DNA of 64,000 bases from assembly GCF_009914755.1 (NCBI RefSeq), contig NC_060925.1; one strand, written 5' to 3'. Position numbers and translations under genes: made by a program. Origin of the DNA: the human T2T-CHM13v2.0 reference genome, Homo sapiens. This document shows, one piece after another, positions 17,087 to 31,900 of the stretch. The first letter of the stretch is position 1. Every line of letters starts with the position of its first letter. The notes beneath the pieces are model-generated. The model was not told the DNA's origin. It did no database searches and was given only the letters and a program-made list of their open reading frames with translations.

Positions 17087-17765
17087 TATATAATGTGAAT
17101 TTTCACAATAAAAGTTTTTTCCAAAATAAAATAAACAAAAGGGGCTTTTTGCAACCCAATTCCTATCTATGTCTGAGTCCACTTGTATTGAATGAGTCTT
17201 TCTGCTAACGTCCTTATATTTGGGTGACAATCTGAATGTCAGTGACCAATCAGAGCAGAGGCAGACCTTGGAGTGGGCAGGGCACCCTGAGGGCCCTGAT
17301 TCCCGCCATGAGGCATAACCCTTTAGGTGCCAGACCACGGGGAGGTCCAGGGGTTGCAGGGGAGGGCTGTGCATCTGCAATGACTCTCAGGGGGCTCCCG
17401 GTGGTAATTGGTGAATCTGCACGGTGGTGTTTCAATATTGTCACAATCCTGCTGTCTCTCATGCTCTTAAAAAGCATTTCTCTTACCTGTGACAGACTTC
17501 CTATACCTAACAGCTTGCAAAAATTTTCCAGGTTAATGAGAATAATCTCTCGGAGCCATACCTCCCTGCTTGGGGTCTCAGTTTCCCCAACTGTCTCCAG
17601 ACAAGTTAGGCTGGAAGGCCCCTGAGCCTCAGCCCCTCTATACCCCTCCTGTCACCCAGACCTGATCTGGGTCTTGCACCCTGGGTGCAGCAAGACAGGG
17701 GTGGGCAGGGGCTGGCTCTGGGCCAGAGGACCCTTTCTGATGGACTTCAGCTGTTGGCCTTCCAG

Positions 17766-18976
17766 GGGAGACTGATCAACCTCACAAGAGTCATACGGTG
17801 AGTAGCAGTGGGCAGATCCATCCCCCTCGTCTTAGATTTATGGGGAGACAGAGAGAAAGAGGAGACACTCCAGGAAGACCTGCAGGTGGGAGTACCAGGT
17901 TGAAACCAAGGACACATTCCTGGAGGAGCTGCTGTTTGAGCCAGCTCTGAGAACAGGTGGGGACAGGACTGGAGAGGAGGAGGGGGTCCCCTATGAGCAA
18001 AGACTGGCCACCACCCCATCTAACACCCCCACAGGGCCCCTGTGGCATCCCTGTCCAGTCCCTGTCACCACCCAGTTTTTCCCTCTGGACCCAGGAATTC
18101 AAAGTAAGCAAGGAGGTCCACTGCTCCAGTTGACTGCAAATAATTACAACCTTGAGCCCAAGCAGCACTTTGGGTCCTGGTTTGGGACCATGAAGCGGCT
18201 CGGTGAGACTGAGAGGTAAGGCCAGGACAGGAATTGGGATAGTAGGATTGAACTCTCCCTGGGGGCCAGCCTCAGAAAGCCTGTGGCCATGGCCTCTTGG
18301 CCAACATCAGATCCTGTGGTCTGGCAATGCCTGGGGTACCCAGACCTCACTCTGGACAGGCCCTGGGAGGGGGCCCTGGTGAGATTCCTGGCAGCCTCAC
18401 AGCCACTCTTCTGTCCGTAGCTACAACATGTCATGCCAGCTGGAGGCTCCATCCCAGTTGGCTGGGAGCACAAAGGCCAGGAAGATAGACATCACCCACC
18501 ACTGGGGCCAGTCGGGGCCTGAACCAGGGCGGGCAGAGGTTGGCTGCCTTGGGATATGGGTGGGCTCAGGGAGTCAGACAGCAAGGGACTAGCTTCCCAT
18601 CCTACTGCTGACCAGCTCTGTGACTGGGGAGAGTCACCTTACTTCTCTGGGCCGAGTTTCCCCCTCTGTGGAGTGACACTAAATGCTCTCTCTGGAGACT
18701 GGGATCAATAGGGCACTGGTGATTGACCAGGCACTCAGCACATGCCTGGAGCACACAGTGCAGGGCTGTGGTGGGGAGGTGGCCTGAGTTCCTGGGGAGT
18801 CACCCATGTGTGCCTGCCCTTCTGACCAGCCACCAGGCCCTCAGGGCAGAGCCTACTACCAGCAGCAGCTCACACCCCGACACCAGCTCAGAGGCAGCCC
18901 CTACCTCAGCAGCAGGGACATCACGGACACTTTGAGCTGCTACTAGGGTGGCTTCCCCAGCTCCCACGTGGAGAGG
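17766..18976 (+). pseudogene. RALGDS: Unprocessed RALGDS/RGL4-like pseudogene fragment; exons 17766-17797, 18095-18215, 18421-18510 and 18830-~18976 (symbol is the closest parent gene, not this locus)
   Basis: AG/GT-bounded exons translate as GRLINL..., EFKVSKEV(fs)LLQLTANNYNLEPKQHFGSWFGTMKRLGETES, YNMSCQLEAPSQLA...HHWG, and HQALRAEPTTSSSSH(fs)QLRGSPYLSSRDITDTLSCY*GGFPSSHVE. These are colinear with recalled RALGDS GRLINFEKRRK|EFEVIAQIKLLQSACNNYSIAPDEQFGAWFRAVERLSETES|YNLSCELEPP...|RQAPSTELSTSGSSH...QLRCGPYLSSGDIADALS. Frameshifts and a stop are present. Confidence 0.85.
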
Positions 18977-19469
18977 GGTCCCAGCTGAGTCCCACTCACG
19001 TGGAGTCTCATGCCCATGAAAGTGCCATTCACCACTGGTCAGGCTCATGAGGCCGCATGAGAGGGGGGGTCACTGGGGAGGAGATATCGGGGTAACAGAG
19101 AGGGTGGTTGAATTTTTGTATAATAGGCAGTGCAAGTGTTTACCGTTTGGGAGGGGAAAGGTTTGTTATTATTAGCAATGCTACACTTGAATATTATACT
19201 AAAATCCACTTTCTCTATAACCTGGGAGTTGCTCTTTTGTTCTTTCTTTTCCCATCTTAATTAAAATGAGATGCAGACTCTCACGGTCCACAGTCGATTA
19301 AGAAATCTTGCACGGCCATCAGGTTATGTCTTGGAGAGCAGAGTTTCAGTACCATCAGCCTGGCAAGGAGCCGGGCCTGCTCCTCAGAGCTCCCGGGACT
19401 GTGAGAATTGGCATGTTCACAGGGCACTGTCACAGCCTCTGAAACACGCTGTCTTTAAAGACGTTTGCA

Positions 19470-19772
<303 letters not shown>

Positions 19773-21547
19773 GAACACAAAGACATTTGCAAGGACCATG
19801 TCCTCACCCAGAATGGTGCCTGCCTTTCTACAGTTTTTCAGGAAGAGGAAACATTTTCTGCTTCTCTCGCTGAGGTTTTTTTTAACCACCCATTAGGAAC
19901 GTACAGATTTCAGGATCGAACACTGGGATTCCCTCAGCACTAAAGGAGGAAAATTGCAAACAGAGCTGAAAGTGCAATGTGCAAAGGTCAGGCTGAGGAA
20001 GGTTCTTAGCCAGTAGACCAAGGGCAGGAAGGACACTGCCTCCTCAGTCTCCCACTTTGTGATTCTTGTCCCCTGACCTCAGAATTCCTTGTCATGTTTT
20101 GTCTCCAAGGGAAGGGTTTGAATTACAGAATTTAAGGCTAGAGTGGGCCTCGTGCAGTTAACATTAACCCTCTCTCTCCTTTGCTGGCCGAGGTGAAGTC
20201 CAGGAACATGTAGTTCTGATGTCCACTCTCTCGGGGGATCACCAGTTCACCCATCTCACCCGGCAAGCTGGGCCCTAGTTTGGTGACAGGCATCTTCCAC
20301 CCACCTGGGAGGCAGGGTTCAATACTCTGCCTCTGACCTTGTTTCCTTCTTCTGCCATCTGCTTAGGCAGCCAGAAGGGGTTGTCCAGCCAGCACCTGGG
20401 CTTTGGCCCTCCTCAAGAAGGTGGAGGAAGTTTCAGGCACCTGGCTCCTCAGGTGTCTGCCATCCAGGTGCTCTTCAGGCCTGCCCAGAAGAGCTCTCTT
20501 GATCCAGCTAGAACTGGCCAGAACTGACTCACTCAGGAATGTGTAGACTTTGACATCAGGGGCTGCTTTAATTTGCACAATTTCCAAATACCTCTTTTTT
20601 CTTCTTTTTCTGATGAGTCATCTCCCTAGACTTGCATTTTAAAGAGATAGATAGTTATCAGATTCCAGAGAAGACATGGTAGAACATTTATATGTCAAAG
20701 ACACAGAGCTGAGACTTTAGTTTTAGATACTATAATTTGCCTAAACCAAAAAGGAAGGTGTAGGTAAAGTTCTAGTCAAGACAGGATGGCCAGGAAAAAC
20801 ACCTTAAACCAAGGGACGGCTTGCTTTGCTGATTTAAGCCAATGGCTTCTTTATCATAAGACTTCCCAGTGATTTAGTCCTCCCTCTCTTCCAGTGCACA
20901 GAGACATACCCCTCCTTACAAATAAAAATGTTCTTTATAGATGGAAATTTATTTTACAAAAATGTTTCAAAATAACCAGATGAAAATCATCCTTATGCCA
21001 GAAAGACTTGGTTTTTTTTTTTTCATTACTAGAAATGAAACAGTAAGTATTTGTTGTATTGACATACTTAGGCTTAGAACTATGTTTAACAAGAAAGCCT
21101 AATAATAGCACTGTGGTTAGACTGCAGCCTATTTTTCCAAACCATCATTTTATTATTAAGGAAACGAAGGATCAAATACCTTTCATTCATCTGATATGAT
21201 CCTTTAAAACACATTCCACTAATAAGTCCCATTTGGAACAGCTGAAAATCTTTTAATAAAACTTTTTAAAGATGAGCTCATGGCTTAGTGTAAATTTCAC
21301 AAGCTTAATTAGGTCAAATGGAAGGAACTCAGATGAGTAGTTGCCCAATCAGAGCCCATTATTTGTAAGTCATCAGACCCCTCCGTGACCTTAAAACTCC
21401 ACTCTGACCTAATTATTGCAAACCTATATACAACAAAGTGAAAGGATTAATTTTCATTCATCAACCTCTCAATCCCAGATTTTCAAAGAAAAGACCTATG
21501 TAAGGAATACTTGCCAAAACCAGACAGGAGAATTAGAGCCTGCATAC

Positions 21548-24500
21548 TTAAGAGTCAAATTTGTTCCACTACAGCCAGGTGGCATACAATTACATCATTT
21601 GGTTCTTCATACACTCTAGAACTGACTAGGACAGAGTTTAGCATAGAAAAACTGTAAGAAATAGGTTCTGAAACATAGAAATTGCGAAGTTCAAAAGGCT
21701 ATGAAAAAAACTAATGCAAATGAGAGACTCCCCTCCCTTTGTTTTAAAGAAATAGACCCATCAGAGAAATGCAAATCAAAACCACAATGAGATACCATCT
21801 CACACCAGTTAGAATGGCGATCATTAAAAAGTCAGGAAACAACAGGTGCTGGAGAGGATGTGGAGAAATAGGAACACTTTCGCACTGTTGGTGGGACTGT
21901 AAACTAGTTCAACCATTGTGGAAGACAGTGTGGCCATTCCTCAGGGATCTAGAACTAGAGATACCATTTGACCCAGCCATCCCACTACTGAGTATATACC
22001 CAAAGGATTATAAATCGTGCTGCTATAAAGACACATGCACACGTATGTTTATTGCAGCACTATTCACAATAGCAAAGACTTGGAACCAACCCAAATGTCC
22101 AACAATGATAGACTGGATGAAGAACATGTGGCACATATACACCATGGAATACTAGGCATCCATAAAAAATGATGAGTTCATGTCCTTTGTAGGGACACGG
22201 ATGAAGCTGGAAACCATCATTCTCAGCAAACTATCGCAAGGACAAAAAGCCAAACACCACATGTTCTCACTCATAGGTGGGAATTGAACAATGAGAACAC
22301 TTGGACACAGGAAGGGGAACATCACACACCAGGGCCTGTTGTGGGGTGGGGGGAGGGGGGAGGGATAGCATTAGGAGATATGCCTAATATAAATGATGAG
22401 TTAATGGGTGCAGCACACCAACATGGCACATGTATACATATGCAACAAACCTGCACACTGTGCATGTGTACCCTAGAATTTAAAGTATAATAAATAAATA
22501 TAAAAAAATAAAAAAAGAAATAGATGTTCTGTAAAAATATACACAATTTTTACAAATACATTTATAAGTTGTTTTTATCTTAAAAATTGGGGATATTTCA
22601 TATTTATAACTAATTATTGAACCTTAAGTTTTCTTGGCCATTTCTAGGCTAATAAACTACGAATCATGTAAACTAAGCCAAAGTAGAATAGACATAAAAA
22701 GTCCTCAACACTTCAACTTCCTATCCTTCAAGAAGTATACCTCGCAAAGCTCATTTGAGAGAGGAAGAGCTTTCCTCCACCCTCTGTTTTACAGCGCTGA
22801 GGCTTCTCATCACATTTCTATGACTTGTAGCTTAAATCCATGTTACATGGTAACTGGCATTGTTAGTGCTTCTCTTTTAACACAGTAGGAATTAATCAAT
22901 TTGGTGGTGTATTTAATTAATTCTATCACTAGAGGATTGTAAAATTACATATATGAATACCTCACTTTAGAGGCCACTTAATTTTTTTCCAAGGGGATAT
23001 TTGACTACATTTCACTTGTGTCTTATTTAATGATTTTATAATTTAAACCCTAAATTATAAATCTAGAATTTAGAAAGTATATTTCCCCACTGGATTACAT
23101 TTTTGGAAATATTATTTTATATGTGCACAAATATTACAAAATCACTGTAGACACCTGAAAACTATATTATCTTTTAAAGGCAATATTTACATTAAACTGG
23201 TATAACAAAATTGTTTGGTGCATTTTTTTCCAGTACATTTTGTATATATTACATGTTTAACCTTTTTTATTCAGCAAATAATTTTTGAGTATCTACTAAG
23301 TGCTAGGTTCTGCATTACTAACTGAATTTAAAGAGTGAAATAACAGACATGGTCTCAGACAATAAAAATTAACATTAGGTCACCTATTTATATATTTTAA
23401 AATGGTAATTATGAAAACTTTTTGAGATTTTTAACTAGATAACATTATAATAATACACTTGATGTTGTTAATATTTGCCAGTGAGCAAAAAAGAAAATAA
23501 AAAGATGGTTTTATTCAATATACACTTTAAAATTGCAGAAAATAGTCAAGTTTCTCTGCTTTGCAGTTGAATGTCTATGTGGTTTTCTCCGCAACTTGCC
23601 TTTTGTGGAGTGAAACAATTATTCTTCCAGCCCAATAAAGGCAGAAGAGTAACAATAAATCTAATATTTTAAGTGCTTCTCAAAAGATAGTAAACATATT
23701 ACTTCAGAATACTGAGTTCAATAAGTTGACCTACAAAAAAAGCCAAACTGACAGTATTACTGAATAAGGAAAGGCCCAAAGAGACAAAATAATTTTTATT
23801 TTGTAACCTCGGTATGACACAACTTACCCTAACTATAAAGACCCTAAATTACCAAGATGGGTGCTTATAATAAGGAGAGTAAAAAAAGTCATTTGACTTT
23901 TAGCTTTTTTATTTCTCTCAGAATAAAAAGTGTAAAAGGAGTTTATAAGGAAGTTGATACTATAAGTTAGTACTACAATGACAGCACTTTTCAAGAAAAG
24001 ACTTTTTTCTCTCTTACAAATATCATGTTAGCAGTACTTGTTTTCTCCAGAAATAATGAGGAAATAAAAACATAAGTATGTGGGTAATTAGTGTAGTTTC
24101 TTAAAGAAATGAGTTAGGCAACAGGCTAATAATGTATACTTAGCTGGCTTTTGAATGCCAACAATCATATTCTTTACAAGGCACAGAGAAGATTTTTCTG
24201 AAGAATAAGTATGTGAACCTGAGAAGTAATCACCACTTGGTAGTGACAATATGGATAGGGTGAAGGGTGTCATCAAGAAGCAATGAAAAGATACATTTGC
24301 AGTTCAATTTGAAAACCATGATGTTTAATACATATAGTAATAAAGAATACTTTCTCCTATTTCAAAATTATTTTAGAATTTAAGATAGAAGCTAAAATAC
24401 CTAGGGATAATGATATGACTATCAAAAATTAAAAATTAAAGGACATTCTGAGTATTATAAGAATGAGAACTTATTACCCAATGAACAGGGGTTAATTCAT

Positions 24501-24641
24501 TATGCTCCATATCCATTGAATTAAAAGACAGGCCCATTACCTGGATAATTTGAAAGTTTAATTTTATTTAAAAGTCTTGTTTCATTCATCAAGCTAAAGG
24601 ATTAGCTCCCAGAAATATTCTAGGATTGCATATCCCCAACT
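21548..24641 (-). pseudogene. Candidate degenerate exons of an unidentified unprocessed pseudogene or lncRNA (24641-24541, 24218-~24144, 23863-23828, 21615-21548)
   Basis: Pyrimidine-tract AG acceptors and GTAATG/GTAAGT/GTATGC donors on the minus strand within AT-rich intron-like DNA; stops in every spliced frame; parent not recognised. Confidence 0.3.
21757..22515 (+). mobile_element. Young 5'-truncated L1PA (ORF2 C-terminus, 3'UTR, tail)
   Basis: ORF 21769-22155 is the L1 ORF2p Cys-rich C-terminus ([33 protein letters not shown]...) ending at a premature stop; G-rich 3'UTR; TSD AAAGAAATAGA. Confidence 0.96.
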
Positions 24642-25384
24642 CTGTAGGAAGTATAGAAAGAATGTTATAAGGGCCACCATCTAAACATTATTATGTAAAT
24701 AATTTAGTACCATTCCATTTGCCCTTGTAGATTTAAAAATGTAAATGGCTTTCTCATATTAGGAAACATCACTTTTCAAAACTCAGATAAACATAGTACA
24801 TTGCAAGAGAATAATTATTTTCTTTATTAAAAAAGAAATACTGGATGCTAAGTCCAAAAGACATAAATTATTTTATACTAATAACTACTAATATTTTATT
24901 CATTAAAATATAAAGGTCAAAGATTTCAAAATGATCTTTAAATGATTAATAACATGTTGATCTTTTTCTTCTTTCTGTAAACCTTTTTGAGTCTTAAAAA
25001 TACTAAACTATACAAGCAATATTAAATAGTATATAAACTTGGATTAAAATATTCAAATTTACTAGAATGTGGACATTGGAAAGAATGAAAATAAACAGAA
25101 GCATAAAGCAGCAGATATAAAATTAAGAAAGCAACTAAGAGTGTTTAAAGTACATATTCATCTGTAGTCTAATGTCTACCATAAACAATGACTCTTCTCA
25201 GTAAAACACAAATTGTTCATGAAGGGAAAAAGCATGTTGTATTAGAGAATATTCAACATAATTTTTTTAGTACTAACTTGTGCCTGGAGTATTATTGGTT
25301 TTTCTATTATGAACTTATGCACTTGTTAATTTTTTTCATAAAAATTATATGTACAACTCCATTCAAAAGCAGTTTTTGGTGGGT

Positions 25385-25684
25385 TTTTTTTTTTTGAGAC
25401 AGAGTTTTGCTCTTTTCACCCAGGCTGGAGGGCAATGCTGCGAATTTGGCTCACAGCAACCTAGCAACTTTTGCCTCCCAGGTTCAGGTGATTCTCTTGC
25501 CTCAGCCTCTCGAGTGGTTAGGACTACAAGCATGCACCACCATGCCTGGCTAATTTTGTGTTTTTAGTAGAGACATGGTTTTGCCATGTTGACCAGGCTG
25601 GTCTTGAACTCCTGACCTGAGGTAATCCACCCATCTTGGCCTCCCAAAGTGCTGGGTATGGGCAAGAGCCACCATACCTGGCCT
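25385..25684 (-). mobile_element. Alu
   Basis: poly(T) then GAGACAGAGTTTTGCTC...; TSD AAGCAGTTTTT. Confidence 0.92.
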
Positions 25685-26027
25685 CAGAAGCAGTTTTTAA
25701 AAGCAAACACAGTATAACACTAAAGTTGAAAAATCTATGCTCACCCAAGGATGCCAGGTTTAATAAATTATTTATAGAATACTGCATCAAAAATAAGATA
25801 ATAACCCAAAATATACCATTAAAGATGTATCCACTCCTACAACTAGAGATAATTAATCTATCTAGTAGCAAATGATACTTCAATCAGTTTCAGCATGTCT
25901 GAAATCTTTAAGGACAAAAGTGATAAAACATGACTTCATTCTTCATTAGACTCTTAGAACACTTGAAGGAAAATAATTTCTGAAGCACAAAGAAGTAAAG
26001 AGGTGTAATCTTTCAAAAAGATATTCA

Positions 26028-26350
<323 letters not shown>

Positions 26351-26884
26351 GAGTCTAATATCGGTATACACAGATAATATACTGAATGAAACAAATAGAA
26401 TAATTTGAAGAGGTATCTTGATGAACAAGGAGTCATTAGAAAGGTTGTATTCATGTCTTTGAAGGAAATTGCAATGTGAGAAATTAATACTTTGACTACT
26501 ATACTAAAAGTTTATTGCTAACATGTATTGAGTTATTAACGTGTGTTAGGCAGAGTACCATATAATTTACAAGTGTTATCTCATTTATTGTAGGTAAAAT
26601 GTAATTTTGAACTCTGGGAGTATAAATGAATTAGATAGAATAAAATTCTATTTAAATGGCCATCAGTAAATCGGTATCTAGGAACAGGGTGATACGGTGC
26701 CCAAGTTTTCTATTCTTACTAAATGTTGTGTTTCATTTTCAATGTTTTCTTGGATATTGCTCTTTTTTGGTGATTTTGATTTTTTTTATTTTAGAAAACT
26801 AATAAATTGACTCTTCTTGGTACTGACTCGGGTTTTATAGAAGAAAAAGTAATTAAATTATGTATATTTACCTTTGTCTCATTT

Positions 26885-27561
26885 TTTCTCTTTTAAATTT
26901 ACTTTAATTGACATATAATAAATGTACATGTTATGGGGTACAGAGTGATATTTTGATATATTTATGCAATGCGTAAAGATCAAGTCAGAGTCATTATCAT
27001 ATCCATTACCTTAAATCATGTATTATTTCTTTGCAGTGAGAATATTCAAAATCTTTTATTTTAGTTATTTGAAAACACACAATAAATTCCCGTTAACTAC
27101 AGTCACCCAACAGTGCTGTAGAGAACTAGAACTTCTTCCTTCTCTCCAGCTGTAATTTTGTATGTATTAACCACATTTTTCTTATACTCTTCTTTCTCCT
27201 ACTCTTTCCAGGATATGGTAACCAAAACTCTACTATCTACTTCTACGAGATTAAACATTTTAGCTTCCATACATAAGTGAGAACACGTAGTTATGTGGTG
27301 TTTATGTTTCTATGCCAGGCTTATTTCACCTAACATAATGCCCTCCACTTGCATTCTTGTTGCCACAAATAACAGGATTTTGTTCTTTATTATGACTAAA
27401 TAGTATTCCATTATATATGTATGTCACATTTCTTTATCCATTCATCTGTTGATGGACACTTTTGTTGATTCCACATCTTGGCTATTGTGAATAGTGCTGT
27501 AATAAACATGGGGGTGCAGGTAAGTCTTTGATATACTGATTTTCTTTCCTTTGGATATATA
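26885..27561 (-). mobile_element. L1MA-like 3' end
   Basis: CATAAGTGAGAAC...TTTCTTTATCCATTCATCTGTTGATGGACAC...GGCTATTGTGAATAGTGCTG. Confidence 0.85.
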
Positions 27562-28272
27562 CTGAAAACCATATGATTAAATTAATAAACACAATAAAAG
27601 CGTTTGGCAAAATTAAATATTCTTACATGACAAAAAACCTCTCAACAATTTAGTATAGAAAATATATGCCTTAAAACAGAAGGACATAAAGGACAAACCT
27701 ACAACTAAGATCATACTGAGTGTGGAAAAGGTGAAAGATTTTACTGTGAACAAGAAAAAGATTTTACTGGAACAAGAAAAGGATGCCTATTCTCACCAAT
27801 CATATTTCACATAGTGAAAGTCTTAGCCAGGACAATTAGGTGAGAAAAAGAAATAAAGGACATCTGAATTGGAAAGGAGACAGTCAAATTGTCCCTGTTT
27901 AAAGACAATGTGATCTTATACACGGAAAAAAATAAGACTCTACCAAAAGCTTCTTAGGGTGATACATGAAATTAATAAAGTTGCAGGATATAAATCAACA
28001 TACAAAAATCAGTAGCATTTCTATATATTGATAGTAAACTAGCTGAAACAAGAAATTAAGAAAGCAATTCCTTTTACAATAGCTACAAAAATGTACTTAG
28101 AAATAAATTTAACCAAGGAAGTAAAAGATTTCGACAACAAAAATGACAAATATTAATGAAAGAAATTAAAGAAAACACAAAAAAGGAAAGACATCCACGT
28201 TTATAGATTGAAATAACTAATATTCTTAAAATGACCCACTATCCTATGTGATTTACAAATTTGGTACAATCA
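27562..28272 (+). mobile_element. L1 ORF2 (RT region) fragment, inverted relative to the adjacent 3' end
   Basis: AAAACCATATGAT...AAAGTTGCAGGATATAAATCAACATACAAAAATCAGTAGCATTTCTATAT. Confidence 0.8.
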
Positions 28273-28992
28273 CTAGCTTGTATTTTTAAAAGCACCTTTG
28301 TTGCATATTCTTAAGATATTCAATGACAATGCCCGGATTTAAGTTTGAGGTATTATTATATCTATTTTATACTGGGCACAATATAATGTTATCAGAGGTA
28401 ACGGTTTTGATTGGTCCTAGGTCATACAGTAATATATACATTGTGATTTATAGACATGCTATCTTTTAATACTCAGGCATTTAGAAAGTTCATTTAGACA
28501 AAGTTATAAAAACTTGCTGTCCTTTCTGCCTATATCACCTAAAAATCCTAATTTAAGAGGTAATAACATTTTTTATTTGATATACAATTTATCAACACAA
28601 TAAAAATCTAACAATTATCATGTGCAGAGTGTGAAAATCTCATCAGATTAAGGAACACAAAGACATCTTTTTCATATTTCGAATGTAAAACTGTTTTGGA
28701 AACTGTTATTTTTAGAAACAGTTAAAAACATTTTTTCATTAGTTTTTCATGTAAAATTGTGACAACCAGCATGAAATAACTGTCATCACAGAAGCATGGT
28801 ATATTCGATTCCAAAACATATTCTTTGTAAGTTTTAATATATTTATGTATTATTTATACTTAGATTGTAACCCATAATGTACAGATATTATTTTTCCTTC
28901 AACTCTTAAGAATATTCTTAAATAATAAAATTAAAATTAATGAATTATAATTTTTGTTGCTTGGGAAAAAGAATAGACACACACGTGACAGT

Positions 28993-31900
28993 GCATCACT
29001 TCACCCCATCATTTCATCTCATCATTTCATCATTTCATCTCATCATTTTATCTCATTTCATCTCATCCCATCTCATCTCATCATTTCATATCATCTCATC
29101 ATTTCATCAAATCTCATCTCATTTCCATTTCATTTTCATTATTTCATTTCATCATTTCATTTCACTATTTCATTTCATTTCATCTAATTTCATTTAATTC
29201 ATTATGTCATTTCATATAATCTCATTTCATTTCATCTCATATTTTTGATATCATTTTTCATCTCATTTCATCTCAATTCATCTCATCATTTCATCTCCTC
29301 ATCTCATTTCCTCCTTTCATTACAACATTTCATCTCATTTCTTCTCATCTCATTTCAATTTCATTATTTCATCTCATTTCATTATTTCACCTAATTTCAT
29401 TATTTCATCTCATCTCATCTCAGTTCATCTGATCTCATTTCATCTCAGCATTTCATCTCATCATTTTTCATCTCATCATTTTTCATCTCATCATTTAATC
29501 TCATTTCATTTCATTTGATCTCATCATTTCAGCTCATTTCATGTCACATCTATTCATTTCATCATTTCATTTCAACATTTCATCATTTCATCGCATCATT
29601 TCATCTCATCTTTCAATTTCATTTCAATATCATTTCATCATTTCTTTTCATTTCATCTCATTTCATTATTTCATTATTTCATTTCATTTCATCTCATCAT
29701 TTCATCTCATCATTTTTCATCTCATCATTTTTCATCTCATCATCTCATCTCATCATTTCATCTCATTTCTTCTCATCATTTCATCTCATCATTTTATCTC
29801 ATTTCATCTCATCTCATTTCAATTTCATTATTTCATTTCATTTCACTTCATTTCATTTCATCTCATTTTATCTCATCTCATTTCATCTCATCATTTCTTC
29901 TCGTCTCATCTCATCATTTCACCATTTCATCTCGTTTCATCTCATTTCATCTCATCTCACCTCATATCATCATTTCATCTCATCCTTTCATTTCATCTCA
30001 TCGTTTCATCTCCTCATTTCATCTCATCTCACCTCAGCATTTCATCATTTCACCTCATCATTTCTTATTTCATCTCATTTTATCTCATTTCATCTCATAT
30101 ATCAATTCAATTTCCTTTCATTATTTCATCTCATTCATCTCATTTCATTACATCTCATCATTTCCTCTCATCATTACATCTCATCTCATCATTTCATCAT
30201 TTCATCTCATCATTGCATCTCATCATTTCATCTCATTTCGTCTCATCATTCATCTCGTCATCTCATCTCATCATTTCCATTTCATTATTTCATTTCATCA
30301 TTTAATTTCATCATCTCATTTAATTTCACCTCATTTCATTATTTCATTTTTTCATTTCATTATGTCATTTCATTTCATCTCATTTCATCTCATTTCATTT
30401 CATCTCATCTTTTCATCTCATCATTTCATCTTATCATCTCATCAACTCTTTTCATCTTATCATTTCATTTCATCTTATCACTTCATTTCATCTTGTATCT
30501 TCTCATCTCATTTCAATTTCATTTCATTATTTCATTTCATTATTTCATGTCATCTCATCTCATCATTTCATCTCATCACATCTCATCATTTTATCATTTT
30601 ATTTCATCATCTCATCATTTCATCTCATCTCATTTCAATTTTATTTATTTATTTCAATTTCATTTCATCTCATCAGTTCATCTCATCATTTCATCTCATC
30701 ATCTCATCTCATCTCATCATTTCATCTCATCATTCATCTCATTTCATATCATTTTATCTCATCTCATCTCATTTCATCATTACATTTCATCTCATTTTAT
30801 GTCATCATTTCATGTCATCATTTCATCACATCTCATCTCATCATTTCATCTCATCATTTCATCATTTCATCTCATTTCAACTCATTGCATCTCATCTCAT
30901 TTCCATTTCATTATTCCATTTCATCATTTCATTTCATTATGTCATTTCACCTCATCATATTTCATCTCATTTCATCTCATCTCATCATTTCATTTCATCT
31001 CATCATTTCATCTCATTTTATCTCATCTCATCTCATCATTTCCATTTCATTTTCATTTCATTATTTCATCATTTCATTATTTCATCTCATTTCATTATTT
31101 CATTTCATTATGTCATTTCATTTCATCTCATTACATTTCATCTCATTTCATCTCATCATTTCATCCATCATTTCATTTCATTTCATCATTTCATCTCATG
31201 ATTTCATCTCATCTCATCATCTCATTTCATCTCATTATTTCATCTCATTTCATCTCATCTCATTTCATCATTTCATTTCATCATTACATCTCATCATTTT
31301 ATCTCATTTCATCTCATCCCATCTCATCTCATCATTTCATATCATCTCATCATTTCATCTCATCATTTCATCAAATCTCATCTCATTTCCATTTCATTTT
31401 CATTATTTCATTTCATCATTTCATTTCACTATTTCATTTCATTTCATCTAATTTCATTTAATTCATTATGTCATTTCATATAATCTCATTTCATTTCATC
31501 TCATATTTTTGATATCATTTTTCATCTCATTTCATCTCAATTCATCTCATCATTTCATCTCCTCATCTCATCATTTCCTCCTTTCATTACAACATTTCAT
31601 CTCATTTCTTCTCATCTCATTTCAATTTCATTATTTCATCTCATTTCATTATTTCACCTAATTTCATTATTTCATCTCATCTCATCTCAGTTCATCTGAT
31701 CTCATTTCATCTCAGCATTTCATCTCATCATTTTTCATCTCATCATTTTTCATCTCATCATTTTTCATCTCATCATTTAATCTCATTTCATTTCATTTGA
31801 TCTCATCATTTCAGCTCATTTCATGTCACATCTATTCATTTCATCATTTCATTTCAACATTTCATCATTTCATCGCATCATTTCATCTCATCTTTCAATT

